The notes under the pieces were generated by a model. The model did no database searches. It was not told where the DNA came from and saw only the letters and a program-made list of their open reading frames with translations. This document shows positions 20,100-30,816 of a DNA stretch of 64,000 nt, piece by piece. This DNA is from Candidatus Bathyarchaeota archaeon (lineage in GTDB: Archaea; Thermoproteota; Bathyarchaeia; TCS64), in assembly GCA_963769425.1 (NCBI GenBank), contig CAVYLP010000006.1, positions 544,001 through 608,000 on the forward strand, written 5' to 3'. Every line of letters begins with the position of its first letter. Within the stretch, counting starts at the first letter, position 1. A program made the translations under genes and the position numbers.

Positions 20100-23000
20100 T
20101 CAGGAGCTACGCCGGGGCAGGATGATGGTGAAGGTTGTTCCCTTCCCCGTCTCGGTCTCGAATGATAATGTGCCACCGTGGGCCTCGACAGCCCTCTTAC
20201 AGTAGGTGAGACCAAGCCCCATGCCGCCAGCCTTTGTCGTGTAGAGGGGGGCGAAAATACGAGATCTTACCTCCTCGGGGATACCCACGCCCGTGTCGCT
20301 AACGGCGATGATGGTGCCAGTGTTACCTTTCTTGACCTCGATTGTGAGCGTGCCCCCATGGGGCATCGCCTCGACGGCGTTCTTCACGAGGTTGTCGATG
20401 ACCCTATGCATGATATCCGGATCGATGCTGATTGAGTCAAGCCCTTCCCCTATGATGTGGGTCACCTCGACGTTGTCCGGTATTGTTGTTCCCTGGAGCA
20501 CGTGATTGACTAATCCACCCAGATCTGTCCGCACTGGTTGGGGGACGATCTCGCGTGTGCTTGATCGCCAGTTGGCGATCATCCTCAGCGACCTAGTCGC
20601 ATTCTCCTCAATGAGTTTAAGCATTCGGGGCGTCAGGTTGGGGTCCTGCTTCACCATCTGTATCGATTGAACGATCTGGCCTAGAGGACCACGCAGATCG
20701 TGCGCAACCGTTGCGCCCATCTGCTCCACCGCTGCGATCACCTCGGTCCTACGAAGCCTCTCCTCGAGCTCGATGCTTTCAGTCATATCCCTCGATATGA
20801 CGCCTAACCCATCGCCGACCCTGAAGGCGGACGCCTCTAGGACAAAACCATTGGAATCAGCTACTCCCCGCAGCCTCTCGACGTGCCAAGGTTCACCCGT
20901 TTTAAGCAGCTTCAGGTATGCACGGTACCATTCGGTAGCCTCCACCCCGGGGTAGAGTTCCTTCAGGTTCTTACCGATCAGATCCTCTTTCTTAGTCCCG
21001 GGTGCGAACCTAGCGATTACGACGTTATTTACATCGATGAGGTTCAGGTTCCTGTCGTAGATGGAGAAGCCCTCTGTGGCCGAGTTCATGAAGGCTGTCA
21101 GCCTCTCCTGGAGTTCCCGTTTCTCCGTTATGTCGTTGAATATGATGCCTACTCTCTTGATCTCCTCCGCTCCTACTGGGGAAGGCATAGACGTCGTACC
21201 AGCGATTCAGCGCCTTCGCCTCGTTTGTGAAGCGTATGGGCTCCCCCGTCAGGGCGACTTTACCGAATATCTCAAACCAGTATGCCTCGTGGTCCGGGGA
21301 GAGGCTGCGCATCAGCTTCCCCTTAGCATCGTGCAACCCAGTCTGTCGCTCGAAGGAGGCGTTGATCTCCATGAATCGATAGTCCACGGGCTTGCCCTGC
21401 TGGTCGAAGACCATCTCTACCGTGCAGAAGCCCTCGTCGATGCTGTTGAAGAGGGTGTGGTAGTGTTCCTCACTCTCGCGGAGCTTTGCCGTCCTTTCAT
21501 CAACCATCTTCTCAAGCTTGTTGGCGTAATCCTGTACCTGCTCGTTGGATGACCTCAACTCCTCTTCGGTGGAGGCGAGTTCCTCGTTTGAGGCGGAGAG
21601 CTCCTCGTTTGCGGACCGCAACTCCTCGTTGATTGCGGCGAGCTCCTCCTCGGAGTCCCTAAGCCGAGCATTTGAGACTCTCAGCTCCTCCACCCTGCGA
21701 TTGCGTTCGGTGACGTCTCTGTCGATGGCGACGTACCCGTTCGGTTCTCCCTGCTCGTTTTTCAGGAGGATGACGCGGGACTGAACATCGATCTTCCGCC
21801 CATCCTTGGTAGTTCGTGTGGACTCCGACTCGTTCCTTCCAGTCGTGGCTATCGTGTCGATGTGTTCATCGCGGGTGGCGCCGATGTAGACGGGTTTGAG
21901 GAGCTCGACACCGATCCTTCCTATCGCCTCGTCTGCGGTGTATCCGTATAGTTGTTCAGCCATGCGGTTCCAGTAGGTGATCCTGTACTGGTTATCGTAT
22001 CCTATGACCGCGTCGTTGGCGTTGGCGAGCATGACGGCTTGCAGGGCTACTTCCTGCTCGGCCATCTTCCTCTTGTCGATGTTCTTCATGTAAACGCGCA
22101 CCCTGTCCGTGTCGGGGACGAGGTAGAGGGAGAGCTCGTACCAGACGCCGCTGATCTCGGCATCTACCGTGAGGGCCTTCTTTTCCTCGCCTTGCAGTCG
22201 GGCGACAATCTCCCCCCAGTTAAACATGAGGGGGGCAGTAGTCCCTACACGATTGAGGTTGGGGAACGTGGCCTTGGCCGCTGGGTTCGTGGAATGTACT
22301 TTTCCGGAGAAGTCGGCCTCAACTATTGGGTTAGGGTTGAGCTGTGGGAAGGAGGCTAGCCTCTTGATCTCCTCATCCGCCTTTCTCCGCTCCGTGTTGT
22401 CGACGATGGTGTACGCGTATCGGGGGACTCCCGCCGAGTTGACGGCGAGGAAGTTCACGGTGGCAGAAAGCCAAGCCACCTTACCCCCCCGATTATCCGT
22501 GTACTCGAATTCGACCTGCTTCCCGGTGATCCTGCTCTCTTCGAAGTGGCTGATCCACATTCGTATGGTCTCAGGCGCTTCACCGAGCTCCGTGATCGTC
22601 TTGTTGCGAATCGCCTCGGGTGTCAGCCCCAGGAAATCAGCAGTGGCTGTGTTGACCATCACGAATCGAAAGGTGGAGCCGTCGATCACCTCGACTATGC
22701 CACGCATCACTCCCGGCCTGTCGAAGAAGCTGTGCAGGACTGATTCGCTCTCCTTGAGGGCCTCCTCAGCCATCTTCCTCTCGGTTACGTCGTGGGCGAC
22801 GACGAAGGCTCCGACGATCTTACCTCCTATGTACGTGAACTTGATGTTGAGGACGCCCCAAATCCAGCTCCCATCCTTCTTCACCACCTTGTACTCGACG
22901 GAATCGTCAGGGACCTCCCCCGCTTGAGCTTTCCTGACGCGGTCGAGGAACTTTATCCCACTCTCCTTGTCGAGGATGTCCAGGGGGCTCATCGTGAGGA

Positions 23001-23549
23001 ACTCGGCCTGCGTGTAGCCGACGATCTTGCACATGGCGTCGTTTACAGAAGTGAACCGCTTCTGAATGAAGTCAACCTCGTATATCGCTGTGGGGGCATA
23101 CTGTATTAGGTGCCTGTACCGCGCTTCACTTTCCTTGAGCGCGTCCTCGGCTCTCCTCTTTCCACGGCGTGCCTGATCCTTCTCGCCAGTATCTGGTAGT
23201 GAGCGAGTGTCTCCTCCTTCCTCACGTAGTCGTCGACGCCCGCGGCGAACGCGGCGGTGGCCACCTCCTCGCTCCCCTGACCAGTGTAAATAAGGAAGGG
23301 GATCATGCTCGTCTTCCTGACCTCGACGCAGAGCTGGACGCCGTTCATCTCCGGCATCTTGTAGTCGGAGACTATGCAGTCGAAGTTCTGTTCAGAGAGC
23401 AGCTTCAGCGCCTGAGATGGCCTAGTCGCTGAGGTGATGGTGAAGAAACCTTCGAGGTTGATCGTCGTCAACTCGAGAAAGGACTCTTCGTCGTCGACGA
23501 GGAGGATGTGGATCGACGAATTCTTGGAGCCATTGGGTTCTTCCTGCAT
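20100..23549 (-). CDS. Hybrid sensor histidine kinase REC-multiPAS-coiled coil-HisKA-HATPase; frameshifts at ~23160 and ~21180
   Basis: LVDDE..SDYKMPEMNG; several PAS/PAC units ending DVTERK; AHDLRGPL; DTGVGI, GMGLGL; the three ORFs join with single-base corrections. Confidence 0.88.
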
Positions 23550-23591
23550 AGTACTCGCCTAAAGCGTATGTGAGGAAGGATTATCACCTAC

Positions 23592-23607
23592 GTTTAACCT
23601 TAATCAT
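23592..23607 (-). promoter_or_regulatory. Conserved promoter element of kinase 2
   Basis: Identical 16-mer to 20026-20041. Confidence 0.7.
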
Positions 23608-24008
23608 AGGTTGGCTGCACCCCCAGAGGGAGTTGATAAGGCTGCTTCGGTGAGGAATCGGCCTATCGGACACGACGAGTACCAAGGCACAGAACCTTTC
23701 GTCATGGGTCTCCGTTATTTGTGGTATACAATATATTCTAATCAGGATATGCTGGCCATTAATTACAGCGGTTATGAATTATCGTCGGCTGACACTAAGC
23801 TTATTACCCCGGGGGAGAACATCTGATCGGCTCCAGGCGGTCCGATGGTGCCGGAGACCAGACAATCGACTCGTTTAATCGACCCATCTTTGGGCGGATC
23901 CCCTTACGCCCACCGGGGGGGCCCCGGCTGAGGCCCACCGACTAACTCGCTTGGGACAGCTCAGACCTTCACCACGAGGCGAGGCCGCTCAGAGCCACAG
24001 GGGATAAG

Positions 24009-24311
24009 ATGACGCTCGAGATAGACGCAAAGTACAAGCAGTATTACCTACTCGACCAGAAGAAGGGGAGCATAGACCAGTTCGTCTGCCCCGTTGAGGG
24101 ATGCGGCTTCCAAACAGACCAGGGCCCCGGAGCACTAAGGATGCATATGATAATCTCCGCCGATCCCAACTGCAAGGGGAGGCACTGCAAGAAGCACGAG
24201 GACTATGTCAGGGAGCACCCCGAAACCGCTTCGCAGGAATGGGTGCACTATCTAGCTAAGTTCCCGTCGAAGCTCCACGCAGAAACAGGAATCAGTAATA
24301 TAAAAGAGTAG
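24009..24311 (+). CDS. Small putative zinc-finger protein
   Basis: CPVEGCGF...ALRMHM (C2H2-like) plus C..RHC..H; followed by a T-rich tract. Confidence 0.65.
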   Translation: MTLEIDAKYKQYYLLDQKKGSIDQFVCPVEGCGFQTDQGPGALRMHMIISADPNCKGRHCKKHEDYVREHPETASQEWVHYLAKFPSKLHAETGISNIKE

Positions 24312-24563
24312 GAAAATTTTCCCTATTTTTCTTTGATTTTTAAAGGTTAGAAGAGATTTAAGCATGTCTTCTTAGAGGCAGTACAAAATAGCCTAATTCT
24401 TTTGTTTGTTATTCTTCGCCTTGTTCTACGTTGCGTTTTTCGGAATCTCGAGTTCTAGAAATTTCTCAATTAAGACCATTGAATCTTTCCAAATTTTGTT
24501 TTGGGCAAACTGAATCTGAGTTAATCCTCTTCATAATTACATCGATTTTGTTAAAGTTCGATT

Positions 24564-24734
24564 CTATACGAGATAGCCGAGTTCCCTTAAGTATCTTCGG
24601 ACTGCGCTCTTGACAAAGTCTGGGACGCTGGTGTATCCATGGTTACCATTAGCGATAACTTCCTCAATTTTTGCCGCTAAATTCTCGGGGAGGTTGACAG
24701 TGTGGTATTTATATTTTTTTTCGTCGTTGGACAT
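24564..24734 (-). CDS. CopG/Arc-type ribbon-helix-helix protein, 56 aa (below ORF-track cutoff)
   Basis: Own translation MSNDEKKYKYHTVNLPENLAAKIEEVIANGNHGYTSVPDFVKSAVRRYLRELGYLV*. Confidence 0.8.
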   Translation of the reverse strand: MSNDEKKYKYHTVNLPENLAAKIEEVIANGNHGYTSVPDFVKSAVRRYLRELGYLV

Positions 24735-24848
24735 TTCTAGGTTTTTTCAGCCGTTCTTTATTTAAAAACATTTTTAAATGGTATGATTTTGCTAATTTTA
24801 ATTAAAAAAAACCGATGTCATTAGTAAATACATGCGAGCCAACGAGTG

Positions 24849-25559
24849 CTAGGAGCGGCCAAAGATGGGGATAGAGGCCCCAGTTACTGCTCTTGATGAC
24901 TCCGAGGAGAGGAATAGTATGACCTCGGCGATGTCCTCGGGGCTCACCCACTTGGAGGTATCCGCCTTGGGCATCTTCTCCCTGTTCTCCGCAGTATCGA
25001 TGGTGGCGGGCATGACGCAGTTAACATTTACCTCGTACTTTGCCAGCTCTTCGGCAAGAGCTTCGGTCAGGGTGACTATGCCCCCCTTCGAGATGGCGTA
25101 GGCGATATTCCCCGCCCTCCTCCCCCTCGGGGTCGCGTTCTTCGCAGCGACGCTCACGATCCTACCCCAATTCCTCTCGATCATCCCAGGGAGGACAGCG
25201 CGGCTGCAAAGCCACACTGATCTTGTGTTCAGGGTGACCATCTTATCGAGCATATCCTCCTCAGACTCCTGCAGGGGCATCCCTCCCGCGTAGCCCCCCG
25301 CAATGTTGAGGAGCACGTCAACCCGCCCAAGCTGCTTCGTGACCTCGCCAACGAGGGATGAGACGCTGGCGGGGTCGGTGACATCAGCCTTGAACCCGCT
25401 GATCTTGCCTCCCCCAACGTATTCGACTAGTTCATTTAGCTTGTCCTCGCTCCTATACACAGCGGCCACGGTCGCCCCCTCGGCGAGGAACCTCTTAGCG
25501 ACGACCCTGCCTAGTCCACCAGTGGCGCCGGTGACGAGAGCCACCCTGTTGCTCAGCAT
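24849..25559 (-). CDS. SDR family oxidoreductase
   Basis: TGATGGLG, NIAGG, YAISK. Confidence 0.92.
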   Translation of the reverse strand: MLSNRVALVTGATGGLGRVVAKRFLAEGATVAAVYRSEDKLNELVEYVGGGKISGFKADVTDPASVSSLVGEVTKQLGRVDVLLNIAGGYAGGMPLQESEEDMLDKMVTLNTRSVWLCSRAVLPGMIERNWGRIVSVAAKNATPRGRRAGNIAYAISKGGIVTLTEALAEELAKYEVNVNCVMPATIDTAENREKMPKADTSKWVSPEDIAEVILFLSSESSRAVTGASIPIFGRS

Positions 25560-25671
25560 CCTTAACCCGGTGTTATCGTCGGAACGGGTCTTTATAGACG
25601 ATGCCCGGTGTCAGGTCAGAAAGGAAAGCCGGGTTGCACATATTAATAAAGAAAAAATCCGAAATAAGACC

Positions 25672-25893
25672 ATGTCAAGGAAGACCGAGGAGAGCGGGGA
25701 CATCTTAGTTGCGAAGGAGTTCGAGGCGACACGCGCCAAGGTTTGAAGGGTCTGGAACACTCCCGGGGAGGTTCAGAGGGGTGGGGTCCTCAGAACTTCA
25801 CAGCGCCAACGATAAAGATCGACCTCGCGGTCGGGGCCCTTCGCTGACAAGTACAGCTGGGTGAACGACAGGTATGGCGTCTCATGGCAGCTA
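25672..25893 (+). pseudogene. Chimeric remnant: SRPBCC/AHSA1 N-terminus joined to PhnB/VOC C-terminus
   Basis: MSRK..ILVAKEFEATRAKV*RVWNTP / WGPQNFTAPTIKIDLAVG / PFADKYSWVNDRYGVSWQL. Confidence 0.65.
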
Positions 25894-25975
25894 TTCTTCA
25901 CGAGATGACCCGGGAACCCACCCGTAAAAGGCCACCGGGGTCCGGTTTTTTATTCCGTATGGGCTTGGGATCACC

Positions 25976-26815
25976 GTGGGGACACACGAGGGGGACGCCG
26001 TCAGGCTCCGCGTCGGCGACGCCGAGGTCGTGATCACGGATGAACCCTGGCCGAGGAGACTGCGTTCGAATAGCCTCCAGAAGGGGGCGATCCTGACACT
26101 CGCGGGTGTCGACGTGGCGGGCGAGGGGGTCGGATTCGGCGTCCCCGTCGCCCACATCGGCGAGAGCTTCGTCTACTCCACACATGCTGAGGTCGAGGAG
26201 ACTAACGGGGGGGCGAGGAAGACCTTCGAGATGGACGCCGTCTCGACGAAGCGGTGGGGGAGCCGGCTACTCGCCGGCCTCCCCGGGCCTAATACTCTGT
26301 TCGACGGCTGGCTCATGGGGAACCTCTCACCCCTGTACCGCTCTAGAGGGTTCGCCCAGGTCGTCGCCAATGGGTTCTGGAGGTTCGAACGCTCAACTGG
26401 GGTTATTGAACATGGTTTCTCATCCACCGAGACGAGGGGAAGCGTCTCCGTGGAGTACAAAGTTGAGACTGACGCCATCAGGGTCACGGTGGACCCCGCA
26501 GGGTTGGGCTCTGGCTGTAAGAGACTCAGCGTGATGAACGAGCTCGACGCGCGGGTCTTCGACTCGTATGACGACTCAGATGGTTTACAGCTTCGCGGAT
26601 GGCGCGTGGGAGCGTGGAGCCCAGTCGAGGCGGATTGGGCGCGGTTCAGGGCAGCTGACGGCTCAAGCTCCTTCAAGCTGGAGAGGGTCGAGGGCGCACG
26701 ATTGTTCAGGGGTAGGGAGATCGTACCGGGTCACCTCTCCTGGGCGGGCCTAGCGTATGAACTCAGGAAGCCCCTGCACAGGTTTACTTACACCGTCGAG
26801 GTTGGACGTTGCTAG
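25976..26815 (+). CDS. Hypothetical protein (beta-rich)
   Basis: 279-aa ORF with genome-like codon usage; no motif recognised; start uncertain. Confidence 0.55.
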   Translation: MGTHEGDAVRLRVGDAEVVITDEPWPRRLRSNSLQKGAILTLAGVDVAGEGVGFGVPVAHIGESFVYSTHAEVEETNGGARKTFEMDAVSTKRWGSRLLAGLPGPNTLFDGWLMGNLSPLYRSRGFAQVVANGFWRFERSTGVIEHGFSSTETRGSVSVEYKVETDAIRVTVDPAGLGSGCKRLSVMNELDARVFDSYDDSDGLQLRGWRVGAWSPVEADWARFRAADGSSSFKLERVEGARLFRGREIVPGHLSWAGLAYELRKPLHRFTYTVEVGRC

Positions 26816-28203
26816 CCCCCACGCAGAATACGATTATAGAGGTCGTAAACCCCGTCGCGGAGCTCCTCGGGTATGACGGGGTATGGTTGAGGAGTCATGT
26901 AGAACTCGTAGTCGCGTCGGAACCTCTCGTTCCCCGCGCCTCCCTCACCGGAAATACCGTTGTAGATGCTTGTCTCCATGTATCTCTGCAGGAACCTGTT
27001 GTTGGGCTCCCTCTGCGCCGCCATGTAGAGGGCGAGCTCCTGCTCCTCCCTCCCCAGCCCAGAGCGGTCGAAGCCGAAGGTCTTCTCCCCGTTGAGGGCG
27101 GAGAAGAGGTTGGCGTGCTCCTCCGTGAACATGTCCTCCCAGAACCCGACCCTCTTCGGGTCGTAGCCGAGGCCCCGGATGAAAGCGTTGGTACGGGCGC
27201 ACTTGCTGCAGGCGCAGCACCATCTGTGGTCCTCGGCTGGGGGGTCCTCGCAGAAGCAGCTCATCTGGTACTTTGCGAGGTCGGGGTAGGCTTCGTGGAG
27301 GACCTTAGTCACCGCTATCTCGTTGAGGGGACCGACAAGGCTTCCCACCCTCGCGGAGCCGTTGGTGAGTATGCGGGCGGCGCTGTCTAGCTGCTGGGTC
27401 CAAGCACTGCTCTGGTCGAAGCAGTAGTTGGTGCGGAACCCCTCGGGGTGGGAGGCCTCCTTGTCACAGCTGTTCTCGTTGCCGAAGAAGACGTACCGGG
27501 CTCTGGAGTGGATCATGAAGGGAAGGAAGAGGACGAGGTAGTAGAGTAGCTGGCTTCCCCAGCCGAGGCTTGAGGGCTTGTATCCCATCCTGCGCCCGTC
27601 GTGGAAGACACCGGGCTCGTGGCGGATCATGTGGTACTCCACCCCGAACTCCGCCGCCATCCTCTTGAGGAGGCTGCGCCTGTGCTTCTCCTCGTAGATG
27701 TTCGAAGGCTCCACGACGTTGACGAGTATGGGCTCTATGCCGAGCTCCCTGCAGACCGCGAGAGTGAGTAGGCTCTCCTTCCCGCTCGTGAAGCTGATTA
27801 TCGCACGGTCTCTAGGCTTGTACCCCTTCCCCCAGACAACGGTCTCGCCCCCCTCGTAGACGAAGTCGGTGTTATAGTAGCGCCGGATGTACTCGACGGC
27901 TGGGTGGCCGTCGAGTAGGGCGGTGCTGGGGAGATCGTATACGGTGCTCTTGAAAGCGAAACTCTCCAGCATGGGCTGCCTCGTGCCGTAGACGATGCCC
28001 CTTTTGCCGAGGACCATGGGAAGGTAGTTCGTGGAGAGGAATGCGATGTGGTCCGTGATTAGCTTCTTCGCGTCCTCATCGAGGCTCCCCCAGACGCCGG
28101 AGGGGTATCCGACCCTATATTGGTCCCCGTTTAGCCTAATCTCTAACCCTCTGCCATCGTATTCGGCGTCCACCCGCAGATAATCTTCCCTGTTGAGCAA
28201 CAT
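26812..28203 (-). CDS. PP-loop adenine-nucleotide alpha-hydrolase, MurL-like
   Basis: SFTSGKESLL PP-loop variant, GNENSC, PLNE, QMSCF, WCCACSKC. Confidence 0.6.
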   Translation of the reverse strand: MLLNREDYLRVDAEYDGRGLEIRLNGDQYRVGYPSGVWGSLDEDAKKLITDHIAFLSTNYLPMVLGKRGIVYGTRQPMLESFAFKSTVYDLPSTALLDGHPAVEYIRRYYNTDFVYEGGETVVWGKGYKPRDRAIISFTSGKESLLTLAVCRELGIEPILVNVVEPSNIYEEKHRRSLLKRMAAEFGVEYHMIRHEPGVFHDGRRMGYKPSSLGWGSQLLYYLVLFLPFMIHSRARYVFFGNENSCDKEASHPEGFRTNYCFDQSSAWTQQLDSAARILTNGSARVGSLVGPLNEIAVTKVLHEAYPDLAKYQMSCFCEDPPAEDHRWCCACSKCARTNAFIRGLGYDPKRVGFWEDMFTEEHANLFSALNGEKTFGFDRSGLGREEQELALYMAAQREPNNRFLQRYMETSIYNGISGEGGAGNERFRRDYEFYMTPQPYPVIPEELRDGVYDLYNRILRGG

Positions 28204-28378
28204 CTCATCCGGAGGGTCTTTCGAACAACTGTTAGATAGAGAAGGAATTTATTTAAATTTAACCCTTATAAAGAGGCGAAAGAAGCTTTCCCAGTAAAAA
28301 TATCCCCTATTGGGGAAAGGGGCCGTATTTTTCCTTTATTTACCTTTTTAGGCCCCAATTATGCGTTCGATTCCTCGG

Positions 28379-28882
28379 TTACTCGGGCTGCTCCCACTGG
28401 TCTGGAGGGGCGTGGCCGTGTGTGAGGACGTCCCTGAAGAGCTGGTTCCACATATCCTTCTCCAGGATGACCTCCTTCTTCGCCACCATCTTCGTCAGGT
28501 TGTTGATGAGGAGGTGGTGCCTCACCTCGTCGCTCTTTATGTGATTCAGCATCATCCTGATGCGCTCGTCCTTCGTCTTCGCGAGGAGGTCGTCAACCGT
28601 CTTTATCATGTTGCCCTCGACCGCCTCGTGCTTCTGGAGGCTGGCGACGAGTTCGTTGTACTCGTCCTCCCCGAGGCTTAGGCTGTCGCCGTTGGCGATG
28701 GCGGCGCACGCCTTGAAGAGGCCGGAGTGCTTCTTGCTGTCGACGGCTATGGAGCCGATTATGTCCCTGAATATCTCGTTGCCATAGCCGCGGACCTCGC
28801 CGTCGAGCTTTACGGCGTAGTCGTTCTCCAACACGGATAACTGCTTGAACTTCTCGGCCATCTTCGGGTCCTTCTTGCTCAT
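28379..28882 (-). CDS. Ferritin-like four-helix-bundle protein
   Basis: Duplicated E...DSKKH / E...DEVRHH diiron-type pattern. Confidence 0.7.
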   Translation of the reverse strand: MSKKDPKMAEKFKQLSVLENDYAVKLDGEVRGYGNEIFRDIIGSIAVDSKKHSGLFKACAAIANGDSLSLGEDEYNELVASLQKHEAVEGNMIKTVDDLLAKTKDERIRMMLNHIKSDEVRHHLLINNLTKMVAKKEVILEKDMWNQLFRDVLTHGHAPPDQWEQPE

Positions 28883-29004
28883 TTAGAATGCACCTATCTC
28901 CGGATTGGGAAGGATTCTTGATAAACCTTGACTCGGGTCCCCGTAACCCTTTTCAGGGATGTTTGCTCAGATAGCTGAGCCCCGTGTGTGGGTGAGGTGT
29001 CGTT

Positions 29005-30723
29005 GTGGCCGAGGACGCTATACTTCTACTCGTCGTGCCTCTACTCGCGTCGAGCGTCTTCGGCATTTTAGCGAGGCGTCTCGGCTTCTCAGCCGTCGCT
29101 GGCTACATCCTGGGCGGCGTGATAGTTGGCCCCATCCTCCACCTCGTCGACACCCAGAGCCCCCTCCTCAGCTTCTTGAGCGAACTGGGCATCATCCTCA
29201 TCTCCTTTGAGATCGGGCTCATTGTGAAGCTCGACTTCCTGAGCCGTAGCGGGTTGAAGTCGGGTGGCATCGTGGCGGTGGAGGTGGTGATCGTCTCCGC
29301 GTTGACGATGTTCTTCGGCACGGTCCTTCACCTCGCCTGGGGGGACGTGCTCGTCCTCGTCTTCATGGCGGTGAACACGAGCACCGCGATCACCTTCAAG
29401 ATGCTTGAGGAGAGGGGAATCAAGGACCCGGGGACCAGGGCGACGATCCTCGGCGTCGGAGCATTCGAGGACATAATAGCAATTGTCGGACTGAGCCTCT
29501 TCCCCGTCCTGGCCGCGGCTGGGAGGCCGAACCCTCTCAGCCTCATCCAGCTCCTAGTTAGCATCCTCCTCAGCGTCATCTTCATGATCTACCTCGGCCT
29601 CCGAGTCCTCGGACGCCCCCTCAGGTGGGCTGCTGGGAAGGAGAGCGAGATATTCCTAGCCTTAAGCCTTGCAGTGGTGCTCACCTATGCCTACGTCGGC
29701 GTCCTCACGGGGTTGAGCACGGCCTTCGGCGCCTTCATCGCTGGGCTCGTCGTCAGCAACCTCGGCGTTCAGGAGGTTGTGGAGGAGAGGATGAGGAGCA
29801 TAAGGGACCTTAGCGGCCTCATCTTCTTCTCAAGCATCGGGGCGAGCCTCCCGCTCGTCCACGACCCCACGCTCATTGCCGTCGCCATAATCGTCTCCCT
29901 CTTCGTCGTCTTCGTCAAGTACGTCGGCTTCAGCCTGAGCAGCTGGGTGATGGGGATCAGGCTGGAGGAGGGCTTCAGGCTCGGGCTCTATATGCTTGCG
30001 ATAAGCGAGTTCGGCGTAATCGTGGCGCGAAACGCCGCCGACTCGGGCCTCGCGAGTGAGAGCCTATACATGGTGAGTGTCATAGCCCTCGCCGGCTCCG
30101 CTATCATGTCGAGTGGGTTGATAATGTTTGAGAAGACATTGCCGGAGCGCCTCGCATCCCTCTTCCCGAGGCAGCTCAGGGAGAGGCTGGAGGGGACCTT
30201 CAAGGTCGTTGGTGAGGCTCTCGGCAAGGAGTCGGCGGTCTTCGAGGAGATACGCTCCGCTTTCTGGGAGCTGCTCAGGAGGGTGGCCATCATCCTGCTT
30301 GTCGTCGGTGCCGGGAATATAGTCATAACCTACGCGACGCCGGTCCTGATCCCCCAGCTGCTCAGGGGCTACGTCGACGCGGCCGTGGCAATCTTCACCA
30401 TAATAGTCGTCTTCATAGTCAGCGTTAGGATGCGCCGCGTCTACAGAAGGTTGATCAACGGCGTCGCCTCCCGGATGGGTCGACAGAGGAGTGTGAACGA
30501 CCGCGTTGAGAGGTTCCTCTACCTGGTCACCCTCGCCCTAGTGGCGACGACGATCCTCCTAGTCAGCTTCCCCCTGATTCTCAGGACCTTCGGTGGAGCA
30601 CTCGGCGAGCTGGGCAGCGGCCTCATTGTGCTCGTCGTGATCGTGGTGTTCTTCTTCTTCGCTTGGCGCGCTGCGTTAAACGCGACCCAGAGGCTGGAGG
30701 AAACATTCCAGATCAAGGGCTAG
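29005..30723 (+). CDS. Cation:proton antiporter (CPA2/KefB-like)
   Basis: GYILGGVIVGP, ELGIILISFEIGL, STAI..K, FEDI, GAFIAG, SEF. Confidence 0.9.
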   Translation: MAEDAILLLVVPLLASSVFGILARRLGFSAVAGYILGGVIVGPILHLVDTQSPLLSFLSELGIILISFEIGLIVKLDFLSRSGLKSGGIVAVEVVIVSALTMFFGTVLHLAWGDVLVLVFMAVNTSTAITFKMLEERGIKDPGTRATILGVGAFEDIIAIVGLSLFPVLAAAGRPNPLSLIQLLVSILLSVIFMIYLGLRVLGRPLRWAAGKESEIFLALSLAVVLTYAYVGVLTGLSTAFGAFIAGLVVSNLGVQEVVEERMRSIRDLSGLIFFSSIGASLPLVHDPTLIAVAIIVSLFVVFVKYVGFSLSSWVMGIRLEEGFRLGLYMLAISEFGVIVARNAADSGLASESLYMVSVIALAGSAIMSSGLIMFEKTLPERLASLFPRQLRERLEGTFKVVGEALGKESAVFEEIRSAFWELLRRVAIILLVVGAGNIVITYATPVLIPQLLRGYVDAAVAIFTIIVVFIVSVRMRRVYRRLINGVASRMGRQRSVNDRVERFLYLVTLALVATTILLVSFPLILRTFGGALGELGSGLIVLVVIVVFFFFAWRAALNATQRLEETFQIKG

Positions 30724-30816
30724 CATTCTTTCGATGTTCTAATAATCGAGAGACAAGGCCGCCTAATGGGAATGTCGGGTGTATGGACCCTCGGGGAGGA
30801 TCATCGATCTGTGTGG

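Noticed and set aside
15900-23170. Programmed frameshifting in the kinases
   Set aside because: No slippery heptamer or stimulatory structure; the indels resemble those seen window-wide
23611-23826. 71-aa ORF
   Set aside because: No motif; overlaps promoter-like AT-rich DNA
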